From: Lytechinus pictus
Lineage: Eukaryota
Direction of reading: 5' to 3'
Assembly (NCBI RefSeq): GCF_037042905.1
Contig: NC_087250.1
Location: forward strand, 26,972,001 to 27,036,000
Length of the DNA stretch: 64,000 bases
Under the pieces are notes generated by a model. That model made no database searches, had not been told where the DNA came from, and saw nothing but the letters and a program-made list of their open reading frames with translations. Within the stretch, counting starts at the first letter, position 1. The number at the start of each line of letters is the position of its first letter. This document shows, one piece after another, positions 12,967-24,800 of this stretch. Made by a program: the position numbers and the translations under genes.

Positions 12967-14669
12967 TCGAGTGGACAAAATCGATCTTTCCAGTTCACAA
13001 TTCAATAAAAAACGGGCAAAATAACACAGTTCTGGTTCCCTTATAGTCTGAAGTTGTCGAAAACAGAATTCGGATATCACAATACATGAAGAAAACGGTA
13101 AATTCGAAGAAAAATAGAGACCAGGAAGGTGATCTCAGCTATCAGTGTACTGCTGGCTTGCACAGAGAGCTGAGTGAGTCGATCATGTGACGTCATTATT
13201 CTCGACTGTTTTTGATCGCGTGATTGTCTGTCTGGGGGCGGCTGGGGGCTGACAAGGTCTCTAATAATTTCATTTCTTGCATTTCCACGACATCAATAAG
13301 ACTTTTTAGTGACATATTTGTGTATAAAAAGACAAGACCTTTCCATTCATATATAATTTGTCTATAATCATCACTTTCGTGAATTTTCTTTGGATGTATA
13401 CTTTAACAATAAAATATTCCTGTACTTGTTTAGGGGTTCATTTCAGGGAATATTTGCCAAGAGTATCGTTTTGTTTTCAATACTTTTTAAGGGTAGGGTT
13501 TCACACGCTAATACTTGTTAAGGGGTGCATTTTCAGAATATGGAAATTACGTGTTTAGGGTGCTTTTCGAGACCCCATGGTCGCGCATGGTATCCACTCG
13601 TCAATGGAAGTGCCCCCCCCCCCCCGGGTATCAGCCTTGCCACTGGCGGATCCATGATGGGGGCATAACCGGCCCATGCCCCCCCCCCCCCCTTGAGAAG
13701 CAAAACTATAATTTGTGAAACAGGAGTGTGTCCCCCGGGAGGGTGCCCTTTGGATAAAATTGCATGGATCCATGCACCCCTGATCCTTAATCATCATTAA
13801 TAGTTACACAAGCCTATACGATATGGAATCAAGTAAAAAAAAGACAAGTGAAATAAGTTTGCTTACTTTTTATTCCATTTCAAATCTATCAATTGAAAGT
13901 TTTATTTATGTCTTGAAAACCTGGACATTTTAAGCATGGCCTTAAAAAAAACGTATCTCAATGAACAATGCAAGCGCGACTTAGCTAAACTTCCTTGAAC
14001 CTTGAACCTTGCATGAGTAATCCCTTTCAGCAGTTTCAAAGCTATCCCCGGATGAAAACATTCTGTGTATCAGTGCGAGGTGACATGGTGAAGTAATTTT
14101 AAATTTCACTTATATACATTAAAAGTGAATGTACACGGTGCAAGTAAAGTTCCTGGCCCGAATGTAAGATTTTTGAGGATATGTTCCACAGTTTCATTGA
14201 AATCGATGTTTTTAGTTGCACATGTAGAGGTTTTATATTCGATAGAATGCATTGCCTGTAAATAACTAAGATGCTCCAACTTTACAACCTTGCCAAGTTT
14301 GAGAGGGAGGGGTGGGGGTAATATCACTTGCGGCCGCGCTTTATGTTTTTTTTCTTCAGTTTTTAATTATGTTATGTTATTCTGTTATTACTAATTTTCT
14401 GTTATTCATTCATTTACCATAATTCTGTTCTTTATATTTACAGTTTATGTTCTTTTAATCGTGGAGGGCTACATTGTAAAGCAGGTTAAAAAAAAAACTG
14501 AACCGGACTAGCCGGGCCTCTTCTGTTTTTATCGACTATGTTAAATAAAACTTGAATAAATAAATATTACCCCCAAAACACGCAAAAAGAAAATTGCAAC
14601 ATGGGTTCAAGTCCTTCATTCATTCTCAGTTACTTTATTAAGCTTTAAAGTTTATCCAGATTGAAAATT

Positions 14670-14892
14670 CTCATGAATATTATTATCATTATTTTCACTA
14701 ATATTGATTTCATTATCATTAATATCATTATCATTATTATCACTATTATTGATATTATTATAATCATTATTATTATTATCACTATTATCAATATTATTAT
14801 CATTAATATTATTATCATTGTTATCATTATCATTATCATTATCATTATCATTATCATTATCATTATCATTATCGCTATTATTATCATTATCC
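14670..14892. repeat. (ATT/ATC)n, (ATCATT)n low-complexity microsatellite
   Basis: Visible repeat. It explains the poly-I and poly-ND ORFs. Confidence 0.95.
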
Positions 14893-16269
14893 TTTTTTGC
14901 TGCCAAATTGTATAGGCCCTAAGCCTGAAGCTAGGTTACCCTAGCTTGCAAAAGTTTTAATGTAAAAAAACGGGGAAAATAAAATATATATTCTTTAAGG
15001 TTTGAGGAAAATGCAACAGATATAAGAAGTTTATTTTTTCATTTATCACTTCACATACAAGCAGCTTATTTAAAAAAAATCTCAAAAGATTATTCTTTAA
15101 TTTGAATATACTTTCAGTATTTCAATGTCACCCTTTCACAACCGCTCCTGAAAGAAAAAGAAAATATATGCATGTATATATTTAGGTCATCACGAACCAT
15201 TAAAAATGATTAAATTTATGCATTTTAAATTATATTTCATATGAAACAGCTGCTAATATAATGAAGCCACAATAACTTTTTTTTCATCTCCCCCCTCGCT
15301 CGTTTCAGTTCCTCCGCTGTCCGGAGATCGGCAGGTATATATATAGCTACTGCAAAATTAAGTTGATGTCGATAATTCACCGTCGAGGTCGTCAGGGTTG
15401 AATGCATGAAGGGTTACAGAGAAAACGTGTGCATTTTGAAAAAGAAGCGTTGGATGGAAAAATCCATCGATGGATTTTTCCCTTAACCTTCACCACAATT
15501 TTTTTTACAACAAACTTTCCGTCGTCAGAGTGACGTTTTCCCTTTAATCAAGGTACTTATTGGTCGCTAGAGATGAGCCACGGAGCGACGAAAAGTTCTG
15601 CCTTAGCCTGGTCAGTAACATTTTCTCACATTTTAGCATTTGACTTCGAGAAAATATTGAATGCTTGAATTTGAAGAAGGGAAAAGGGGGCTTAAATTCT
15701 CCTATTTAAAATTCAAAGTCCAACATTATTAAGGTACTGAGTAAATTACAGTTAAATGGATTAAGGTAAGGCCTTGGTCGTTGATATGATAGGTCCCACA
15801 TATTCATATTTGTGTAAGTTAACTTGTAACAAATTAAGAATAGTGGAGATGGAGCAGGGCACTCTAGCAGTCTAGGCTAGCCAGGAGGCTTCTAGAGAGT
15901 AAAAATCATTTACTAAAGTAAGGTTACTCTCATACGAAGCCAGGTCTTCCTTCCTATTCTTTTGCGTGTACCACCAAAAAACCATTCATTCAATGAACAA
16001 GGTTATGATACTAGGGCTAGGCTAACCTTGTTCTCAGTTATATCTCCATGAGTCCATGTGTGGCAAAATAAGGATGGCAATGTTTGGCTTATTTTCTCTT
16101 TTTTTCTTTGGGACAAATGCTTGATTTTTTTACACTGACAGTTTCCATTACACCTATTCGTCATGGCATAATCGTGATATAGTCCCCAAATCCAGAAGTG
16201 GGGATTATTAGAATCACACCTACCAGAACGCATGAAAATCACTTCCTTTCTCCAGAACACAGTCTACGT

Positions 16270-17462
16270 CACTCTAAGCACCAAGGCTATTAATTCCTGT
16301 GTTAAAAAAGTGAGTGCACGCGAATTAAATGTTGGACTTAAATTACTAGATCTTACCATGGAGCTCCATGACGAAATTTGTTCTTAAATTAGACTCTAGA
16401 TATTACTAAATTGAAAAAATGTATAAATAGTACTCGCCTGGTCTTTTCTTGGGGTATTGAAGCCTTTTTGTCCAGAACTTGCTCAACTTTTGCGGCAAAT
16501 TTTGTCGCCATAGGGTTGTGCACATTCTCGTTTAATACTGGTTGTCACGTGACACGGCAATGTCGTTAGGCTGTTTGGCCTGTATTCAAGGCGTTCTATC
16601 CGTTATGATTTTATATTGAATGAAGCAAATTCCATCAGGTATAGGCCCCTATCAAGTCAAAATCGATACAGGGATCGAGAGGGGGGGGGGGGGGGGGGGG
16701 GGTGGAGCCAAAAATTTCCCAGTCACATGGTATGAAAATGATATTTTTTATGATTGTCCACGATCATTAGGGCAAACCCGTGTGTGGCAGTACGGTAGCG
16801 TGATGAGTAAAAAAAAAATAAAATAAAAGAAAGAAAGAGGGCCAATGTAGGCATACATGGCGCGTGGGAATAAAGTTGCTTTATATGTTCCAAGCGAGTG
16901 AAGCAAGCAAGAAAAAAACTTTTCGTGCAAATCTAAATTTGAGATAGATATCTTAACTTACACTTTTCCTTTTCTTTTCATTAATTCCCTTCATTTCTTT
17001 TTTATCTTGGTTGTAGAACTTTCGGGGGCCCCTAGGCCTAACCCTTCCATCGTGTACCCCCAGTGCAATATCAGCAAGTGGTGTCGATAACTCTGGATAT
17101 TTAGCAATTAGACCTATTTATTTTATAGAAAAACATAACGTTAATGTTTTGACCCCTTCCCCCCCAAAAAAGGAAAAACAATTATAAACTAAGTTATATA
17201 CATCCCCCTTTTCTCATTTCGCTTTTTATTTTCTCTATTCCCTCCTTATTTTTTTTTGGGGGGAGGGACCTTTTCGGGGGGCACCGCCCCTAGCTACGCG
17301 CCTACCAGATGAAGAGGCGAGCGAGCAAAACCTTTGTCACTTTTATTACAAATATCAATTTTGCAATAGATTTTGACATAACATTCGGAATTATTCTCGC
17401 ATGCATTTTTCTTTCCTTTTGCTTTTTTATGGCCTTTTATTTCTCTTCCCTTTCTCTTTCTG

Positions 17463-17494
<32 letters not shown>

Positions 17495-18839
17495 TTCCTT
17501 CCTTCATTCCTTTTCTCTTATCCCGTTTTTTTTTTGGTGAAATCCACTGGACCGGGGATCAAGGGCCAGCCTGCATGCCCCCGGCGGTTTACGCCTCTGC
17601 CGTGGATGTAAGCTATATATACGCATGATCTTAATCTTCATTATGATTCAAACTATATAGAGGCGCATCCAAGATTTTCCAAATTAAGTAGGGGGGGGGG
17701 GGGGCGGGGTGAATTTTCTCAAGTAAAATTTGACAACTCCCAAAAAAGGTTCTTACTAAAAAAAAAAAACCGGTCATTATATTGTCTCGCGTAAAGTTTG
17801 ACAAGTTAAAAAAAAATGGTCACTCAAAATGAAAGTCATTTTGTCTGCGTAATATTCGGCAAGCCCCCCCCCCCCCCCACAAAAATAAGAAAATGGAAAG
17901 TCATTTTGTCCACGTGATATTTGGCAACCCCCCCCCCCCAAAAAAAAAAAAAAAAAAAAAAAAAGGTTTTAACTAAAGCAATGATCGAAGGTCATTTTGT
18001 CTCGCGTAAGATTTGACAATTTTTTTTATAAAGTTGTCACTAAAAAGAAGGTCATTTTTTCCACCATTGATTATATTTGGCAAGCCCCCAACCCCCACCC
18101 CCATAAAAAAAAGTTTGTCCCTAAAAGTGATGTATAGAAAGTCATATTGTTAATTTGTTCCCAGTAAAATTTTGAATTTGGCAATTAAAAAAAAAGGCCA
18201 AAAAGAGAAAAGAATATGAACGAAATATCCCCATTACAAATAATGCTGTACGTGATTCTCATGAGGGGGGGGGGGGGCACATAACTAGTATTAATAACAT
18301 ATTTAATTCCAAAATGTTTACTATAAATCTCAAAAGGGGGAACGGGCAGAAATGCTCACCCCAACCCCCCCCCCTCCCCCCCCCCCCCCGCCACTGATTC
18401 CAATCAATAATGACTTTTCTCTGCAATACTGATGCTTTGAAATCAAGATACTGAAGATTGATACGCTTAACATAAATTATGAACGTCTGACAAAAAGATA
18501 ACCAACCGATCACCTGACCGATCAGCTGACCAGTACGCGTATCACTTCGGAGTTGATCACTCGTCGCAGCTGTGTGGAACGCTCACCGAAAATCAACAAA
18601 AAGGGCCTGAAATGTAAGTTTAACAATAATCGATTTTAATTTCAACTATTTTTACAACTAAATAAAGGTTTGCCGTCCGAATGAAAGGTATATCGGATAA
18701 CTCTAACTTGTATTAAGGTGTACATTTACCAAAGTCTTGGGATGGAAATCAGAACAGCATTGTCCAACCCATAATTTGGGTAATGTCGCCTATGAGGTCC
18801 ATACATGTTAATGTTTGGACCTCATTGGTACTAGGAGTG
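16270..18839. mobile_element. 2.57-kb insertion with 8-bp TSD (hAT- or P-like, non-autonomous), containing smaller MITEs
   Basis: TSD GTCTACGT at 16262-16269 and 18840-18847. Imperfect TIRs CACTCTAAGCACCAA / TTGGTACTAGGAGTG. The empty site is visible, reverse-complemented, at ~21021-21040. Confidence 0.85.
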
Positions 18840-20205
18840 GTCTACGTCTCCAACTCTCGCACAACTCTGTGGCAAAATGATAACACACACAAATGAAACA
18901 CATTGTATATAAACACTAGGGTTCTCTCCCTATTATATACTCGTGATACAGTCCCCACTCAACGGGAAATCAAGCTTGATTTTCACGGCGGTGGGGACAG
19001 TTTCAACAGTATAGTATACTCGTGATCCAGTCCCCACGCTATGGGATACACGGTTCACTTTGCACGCAGTGGGGACAGTTTCAACAGTATAGTATACTCG
19101 TGATCCAGTCCCCACGCTATGGGATACACAGTTCGTTTGGCACGCAGTGGGGATAGCTCCAACAGTATATTATACTCGTGATACCGTCCCCTCACAACAT
19201 AAAATCGTGCTCGTTCAACAAGGGGATGGGGACAGTTTCCCGATGCAATGTGACAAGGAAAAAAACACCTTTGGGTATGGTTGCGGAAGCTGGGGGGGGG
19301 GGAGTTTCCCAATGCAATGTGACAAGGAAAAAGCACCTTTGGATATTACAGGGGCCGCGAAGGGGGGGGGGGGGACTTTAGCCCCCACCTTTTTCCAAAA
19401 CATAAACGTAAAAATGTGACCATAGGATTATGATTTTTTTTGCATGGTCAGCCCCCCCCCCCCATTTTGAAAACCGTTCCGCGGCCCCTGTATTATTGCC
19501 ATCATCATCATCATTATTGGTAATATTATATTATCATTATTATTATTATTATTGTTGTTGTTATTATTATCAAAATAATGATATTAGTATAGATATTCTT
19601 TATCATTGAAAATATGCCCCTTCCATCCATTCCGTTTCTTGTATTTCACGTAATTCCTTCAAATAAAATCGCTGTAGACTCATAACGTTTGGTATTATTG
19701 TCATAATTATTATCATCATTATTATTGTTCTTTTTTTCTTACTGTCATTTATTTTTACTTATTATTATGATAATTTCGCTTTACTATTATTATTCTTTTA
19801 TTATTTCCTATAACAATGATTATTCTTATTTTTTATTATTATTACCATTGTTATTATTATTATTAACCTTATTATCATAATCATAATTATCACTATTATA
19901 AATATTGTTATTCTTTATTATAAAATTACCTCATCATTATCATTATTGTTGCACCTTTTCATTTCCGTCACATATTTGTATTGATTCCTTTATTGTTTTG
20001 TGGTTGACTATTTTCGTGTCATTCTTAATTCATTCATTCTTGCACCAATCCCCACTCCGAGTTTGCTGTTGGAGCCCTTGTGCTTTCCCCCCGCATTGTT
20101 GTAATTTCTTCCTTTTTCCCCTTCTTTCTTTCTCCTCTATTTCTTTCCTTCTTTAAATTCGATTTTTAATTTTTATTCCACTGGAATATCATTATGGTAT
20201 CTTAG

Positions 20206-20470
20206 TTTGGACTTATATGATAATTTTTGAAACAACCGGGTCTGGAAAAAAAAGACTTTGGACTTATATTATAATTTGTAATTAACCGGGTCTGGAAAAA
20301 AAGACTTTGAGCTTATATTATAATTTTTTAAACAACCGGGTCTGGAAAAAAAGACTTTGGACTTATATTATAATTTTGAATTAACCGGGTCTGGAAAAAA
20401 AGACTTTGAACTTATATTATAATTTTTTAAACAACCGGGTCTGGAAAAAAAGACTATGAACTTATATTAC
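20206..20470. repeat. ~50-bp minisatellite, ~5 copies
   Basis: TTTGGACTTATATTATAATTT..AACCGGGTCTGGAAAAAAAGAC. CCGGG recurs at 20236, 20286, 20336, 20385 and 20435. Confidence 0.9.
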
Positions 20471-21479
20471 AATTTATACTTTGCACTTTTATGCTATATG
20501 AAGGCATTTCTATAGGATTTTAGTTCAGAATTATTCACAATGTTTTGGAAAAAGGTAGGGGCTGAAGTCCCCCCCCCCCTCCCTCAACTTCCGCAGCCAT
20601 ACCCTAAAATGTTTTATCCTTGTCACAATGCATCGGGAAACTGTCCCCATCCCCTTGTTGAACGAGCACGATTTTATGTTGTGAGGGGACGGTATCACGA
20701 GTATAATATACTGTTGGAGCTATCCCCACTGCGTGCCAAACGAACTGTGTATCCCATAGCGTGGGGACTGGATCACGAGTATACTATACTGTTGAAACTG
20801 TCCCCACTGCGTGCAAAGTGAACCGTGAAGCCCATAGCGTGGGGACTGGATCACGAGTATACTATACTGTTGAAACTGTCCCCACCGCCGTGAAAATCAA
20901 GCTTGATTTCCCGTTGAGTGGGGACTGTATCACGAGTATATAATAGGGAGAGAACCCTAGTGTTTATATACAATGTGTTTCATTTGTGTGTGTTATCATT
21001 TTGCCACAGAGTTGTGCGAGAGTTGGAGACGTAGACTGTGTTCTGGAGAAAGGAAGTGATTTTCATGCGTTCTGGTAGGTGTGATTCTAATAATCCCCAC
21101 TTTTGGATTTGGGGACTATATCACGATTATGCCTTCGTCATATAACTTGGCCCTTAAGTAAATTTGATTCTTTAAATTATTTTTTCTTAATTAAAAATAG
21201 AGATTAAAAAATGAATATTTTCTTGCCATATTATTTTCCACCAATAGAGGGCGTACACAAAATATGCCAAAAATTCAAGTTTTTGAGCGCTCTAGTGAAT
21301 ACAAAAATTATTCCCAAGTTACTAATGAAAAATAAATAGCAACTGTATGGAAATTAGTAATTTTGGTCACAAAAGTGATATTTTAATCATTTTTTAAAGT
21401 GTGTGCTCTGTACAGCATTGGCATGCCATAGTCCAACCTGTAGATTCCCCACAGGCAAGGTGGTTGCAGTGAACAAGTG

Positions 21480-21822
21480 CCAAAAAACCTGAAACTTTCG
21501 CCCCCGAGATTTCTACTTTCTTTCTAAAATTAAAACTAAAAGTAATAAAATTTAAAAACTAAAAGATCTAGCCCTAAATCATGTACATGGGATACAACTT
21601 CATTTCCGACATTTCTACGCTATGGATTTTATTTCTAGACAAGAATTCATCAAAAAAAATGAGGAAAATATCATGAATAGACGGAAGAGACTTGCCAGAT
21701 GTTTACGCCGCCATCTTGTTTTCTATTGTTCTTCCCCAACGTTACGCGACGCAAGCGTCCGTATCGAAAAAGAAAGTATAAGAAAGTAGAAATCTCGGGG
21801 GCGAAAGTTTCAGGTTTTTTGG
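21480..21822. mobile_element. MITE with ~45-bp TIRs
   Basis: CCAAAAAACCTGAAACTTTCGCCCCCGAGATTTCTACTTTCT and its exact reverse complement at ~21780-21822. Possible TG TSD. Confidence 0.75.
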
Positions 21823-24800
21823 TGGTACACGCAAAAGTATGTTTGAAGGCACGGCGCATTCAACAAATAACGTTATTTTCCGAAAAATGAATACGAGGAC
21901 TTACAGAATGAAGTCCTCCTACGAAACTTACCAAACGATGTGAAGTCAATTCCTCATAATTTGATGAATATCCCTCAAAATGCGTCATTTAACTTTAAGC
22001 GTTGTTTTTTCTTCACGTTGACAAAATACGAAAGTCACCTTTCTAGCTCTCAAATTTTTCGTCTAATGAGCGAAAGAGGGCGCGTGATTTATCTTCATAT
22101 CAAAGACACTACAAAAATTATCTTACACGTAAATCGATGCAAAGCGTTACGCCAAGTCGGCAAAGTGTTCAATCTTTTAACTGTAAAGACTTTGGTGGAA
22201 CGTTAATTGACAAACGAACAGTAGCACTTGCGGGGCTTTGTTCAAGGTACATAGAATTTTCTATATTTTTTGTTTAATTTGTCATTGTTTTGAATATGTT
22301 CCAAAAAGTATTATCGTCAGCAAAAATAATAAAAAAGTATGTTTTTTAAGTTATTGCATTCATTGGGGTCTCTATTTTATCAAACAATTATTTGAATTGC
22401 GCATACAATGAATCATGAATCTAGTTAAAAAAAAACCACACAGCTGAATTAAGGTTGTGAACTGTATTAGCGCCACCAACGACCTCCTTTTTATTTCCGT
22501 GGAAGAGACGTGCGAAGCCACTTTCCAGGCGGAGGTAAGCGATTTTGCTCTTTTTTGTGTCCTTTTAAATTAAAAAAATATGTTAAAAATTGAAAATGGA
22601 ATGCTTTATACCATAAAAAGCCCTGGTGAGTAGCGGAATGGGTTTCGGCTAACATCATTCACGTTTTGAAGGGATGTTAACGACAACTCTAAAATCCACT
22701 ACAAAAACACGATAGTTGTGCGAGGTTCGTATAGAATATACTAACCTCGCAATAGTGTGAGTGGAGTATGACCACTCACACAAGCATGCGAGGTTAGTTG
22801 TACTAACCTCGCACAACGCATGTCATTTCATAATGAATTTTGACGTTTTCATTCATCACACGAATGTGAGAGAATGAAACACGCCAAAATCTGACTACAC
22901 AATATACTAAATTTATTCATCTAAATCTTATCATTTAATTTAATTTAAAAAATGTGCTCGAACGTATTTATAAAAAGGGATTTTAAACGCTTACCTCCAA
23001 ATCTCAGCCAAGACACTCCATCAGATCCTTAATACTGAGGTGGAAATTACGCAAACAACAATCGAAATGCGAATTTAGATTTAGAGTCTAGATTCAAGTC
23101 GTCGGCGCATAATAGGAAATTGTACCAAAAAAATCAACAGGTTGCATCTCACGTATAATCGCTGATGGCGCTACATCATAAAATAACGCTGAACAGCGAA
23201 AAAAATTGCGGAGCGCCTAGAACGCAACCAGCAGTACAGCTGATCTGACGTAAACGACGTAAACAAGCAAGTTTATTAAATAATATCGCGCGCCCTCTCT
23301 GTGCGTATAGAGAAAACCAGCGAATTAGCTCCATGCCTGCTTCGACATCAAGAAAAATCATCAATATAAAGTACCAGAAAGACAGAGAGGAAATGAAATT
23401 GGCTTCATATCGTTTGGTAAGTTTCATATCCAAAGCTTATCTCATTTTAAATAGGTATCAATTTCTAATTTTAACCAAATAGCCATAAACTTATTGCAAG
23501 TGCCGTGCCAGTGGTTATCCTGTGCACGGCGGCGGTAATGTTCCCATGGGTGGAGTATGACACCTCCGAACCTGTCATAACTTCTTTCTTAAATGACGTA
23601 GTGGCATCACGTGGGTAAACTATGACATGCAAAAGTGCCTCGAAATTTGAAAATTACAATCTTACGTAATCAATCATAGAAGTTGAAATTACATTGCAAA
23701 ACAGGTGTGACAGCTCATTCAATAATAATTGTAATGCACAGAAGCTATAAAAATGGTTGGTAAAACGCAACAAAACCATTCATTTTGAAATAGTAAAATA
23801 ATTGAATCGATAAAGATTCTACCACGTCAGGTCATCCATAACTGGACTCGTATTCGTTGTTTTCAGACCCTTACTGACATTTTGATAAATCCTGTCTCTA
23901 ATTTATGCAAAGAATTTATCAAATCGTGTGTTTTGGTATCTAAAGATTAAAAAAAATTATGTTAGACTATATTTTGATGATGATTGGAACCATAGATAAA
24001 CCTATAATTATCATTATTTCACAAAGAAAACCATTGTGGTTTACTTCCGTAAACTATTAAAATTTACAATCCCGGGGGTACCCATCTCAACGTCCACATG
24101 TGATTTTTTTATAGTCATGAAATTAATTATCCGTAATTTCATTTTCTCAGCAATAACATGCTCCAATGATGGTTCAAGTATGCATGGTACATATTTTTCC
24201 TCTTCTAATACTTTGATTAGATGTATTTCCAAATTCATCACAATAATTGCAGTTTTATCATATTTTTGCTTTTTAAAAATTATGCTATTTTGTGACTAAG
24301 GCTAAGTCTCGTCTGCTCTTTTTACCGATAGTATCGATATCAAGGGAGGCTAGTTTGGAAGCCTTTCGTGAAACGGGTTTAGTAAGATTGGAACTAACTT
24401 CGTGGTTGGTGGATAAAGATATGACTAACTTGTCTAGGTGTTGCTAGGTGTTGAGAAACGGGCCCCTGGAGACATAGTCATAGAAAGTGAAATGGGAATT
24501 AGCCTACTTCATGACTAGAGTGAAAAGGGGAATAAACGAGAGATTTAAAGATCTACAGCGATTCCACTCATAATAAGGAGGTGTTGAAAGTCTGAGGCCG
24601 GGCGTGAGAAGTGCCCAAAATAATCAGACACTTGTCTTAACTTTATTAATATTAATTGGACCAAAACAAAAATATAAAAAATATAATCATTGAATAAAAA
24701 AAAATCATGTGTATTTCCATAATACATATGTTGAATATTAATGTCATAAAAAAATTGAATTGAAAAAATATGGTAGCTCTAAGAAATAAACGGAAATTAT

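Larger units (their letters stand above)
9519..13402. mobile_element. TTAA-flanked non-autonomous DNA transposon (Kolobok-like), 3.9 kb
   Basis: TTAA(9515-18)-AGTATACACCCGAAGAA ... TTCTTTGGATGTATACT-TTAA(13403-06). AG..CT termini. It splits the host MITE at ..GAAGGACCC|CAATAAAAT.. Confidence 0.8.
2415..13628. mobile_element. MITE (~0.55 kb when empty) expanded to 11.2 kb by nested insertions
   Basis: TIRs CCCGGGGGGCCACTTACATTGACGAGTGGATACCATGCGCGACC / GGTCGCGCATGGTATCCACTCGTCAATGGAAGTGCCC..CCGGG. 8-bp TSD TATCAGCC at 2407-2414 and 13629-13636. Remaining pieces 2415-2467, 9237-9518 and 13403-13628 align colinearly with the uninterrupted copy at ~61641-62183. Confidence 0.9.
16165..21133. mobile_element. 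Non-autonomous long-TIR DNA transposon (Merlin- or MULE-like), ~600-bp TIRs
   Basis: GGCATAATCGTGATATAGTCCCC... at 16165 and inverted, ending at 21133. 8-bp TSD TTCGTCAT (16157-16164, 21134-21141). Left arm is 16165-16269 plus 18848-~19405; right arm is ~20540-21133. The arms contain 78-bp tandem repeats. Confidence 0.85.

Noticed and set aside
12490..13008. 172-aa ORF
   Set aside because: It runs through a MITE with homopolymer tracts and has no recognisable domain.
14645..14915. Poly-Ile / Asn-Asp ORFs (also 55965-56598 and 41087-41478)
   Set aside because: Translations of microsatellites.
18792..18834. Helitron 3' end (hairpin TGAGGTCCA..TGGACCTCA followed by CTAG)
   Set aside because: The element has an 8-bp TSD and TIR-like ends confirmed by the empty site, whereas Helitrons make no TSD.
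18935..19190. CRISPR-like or coding repeat (78-bp units, repeated peptide ORFs, mirrored at ~20690-20940)
   Set aside because: Whole-unit tandem repeats within transposon TIRs. The ORFs arise because 78 is divisible by 3.
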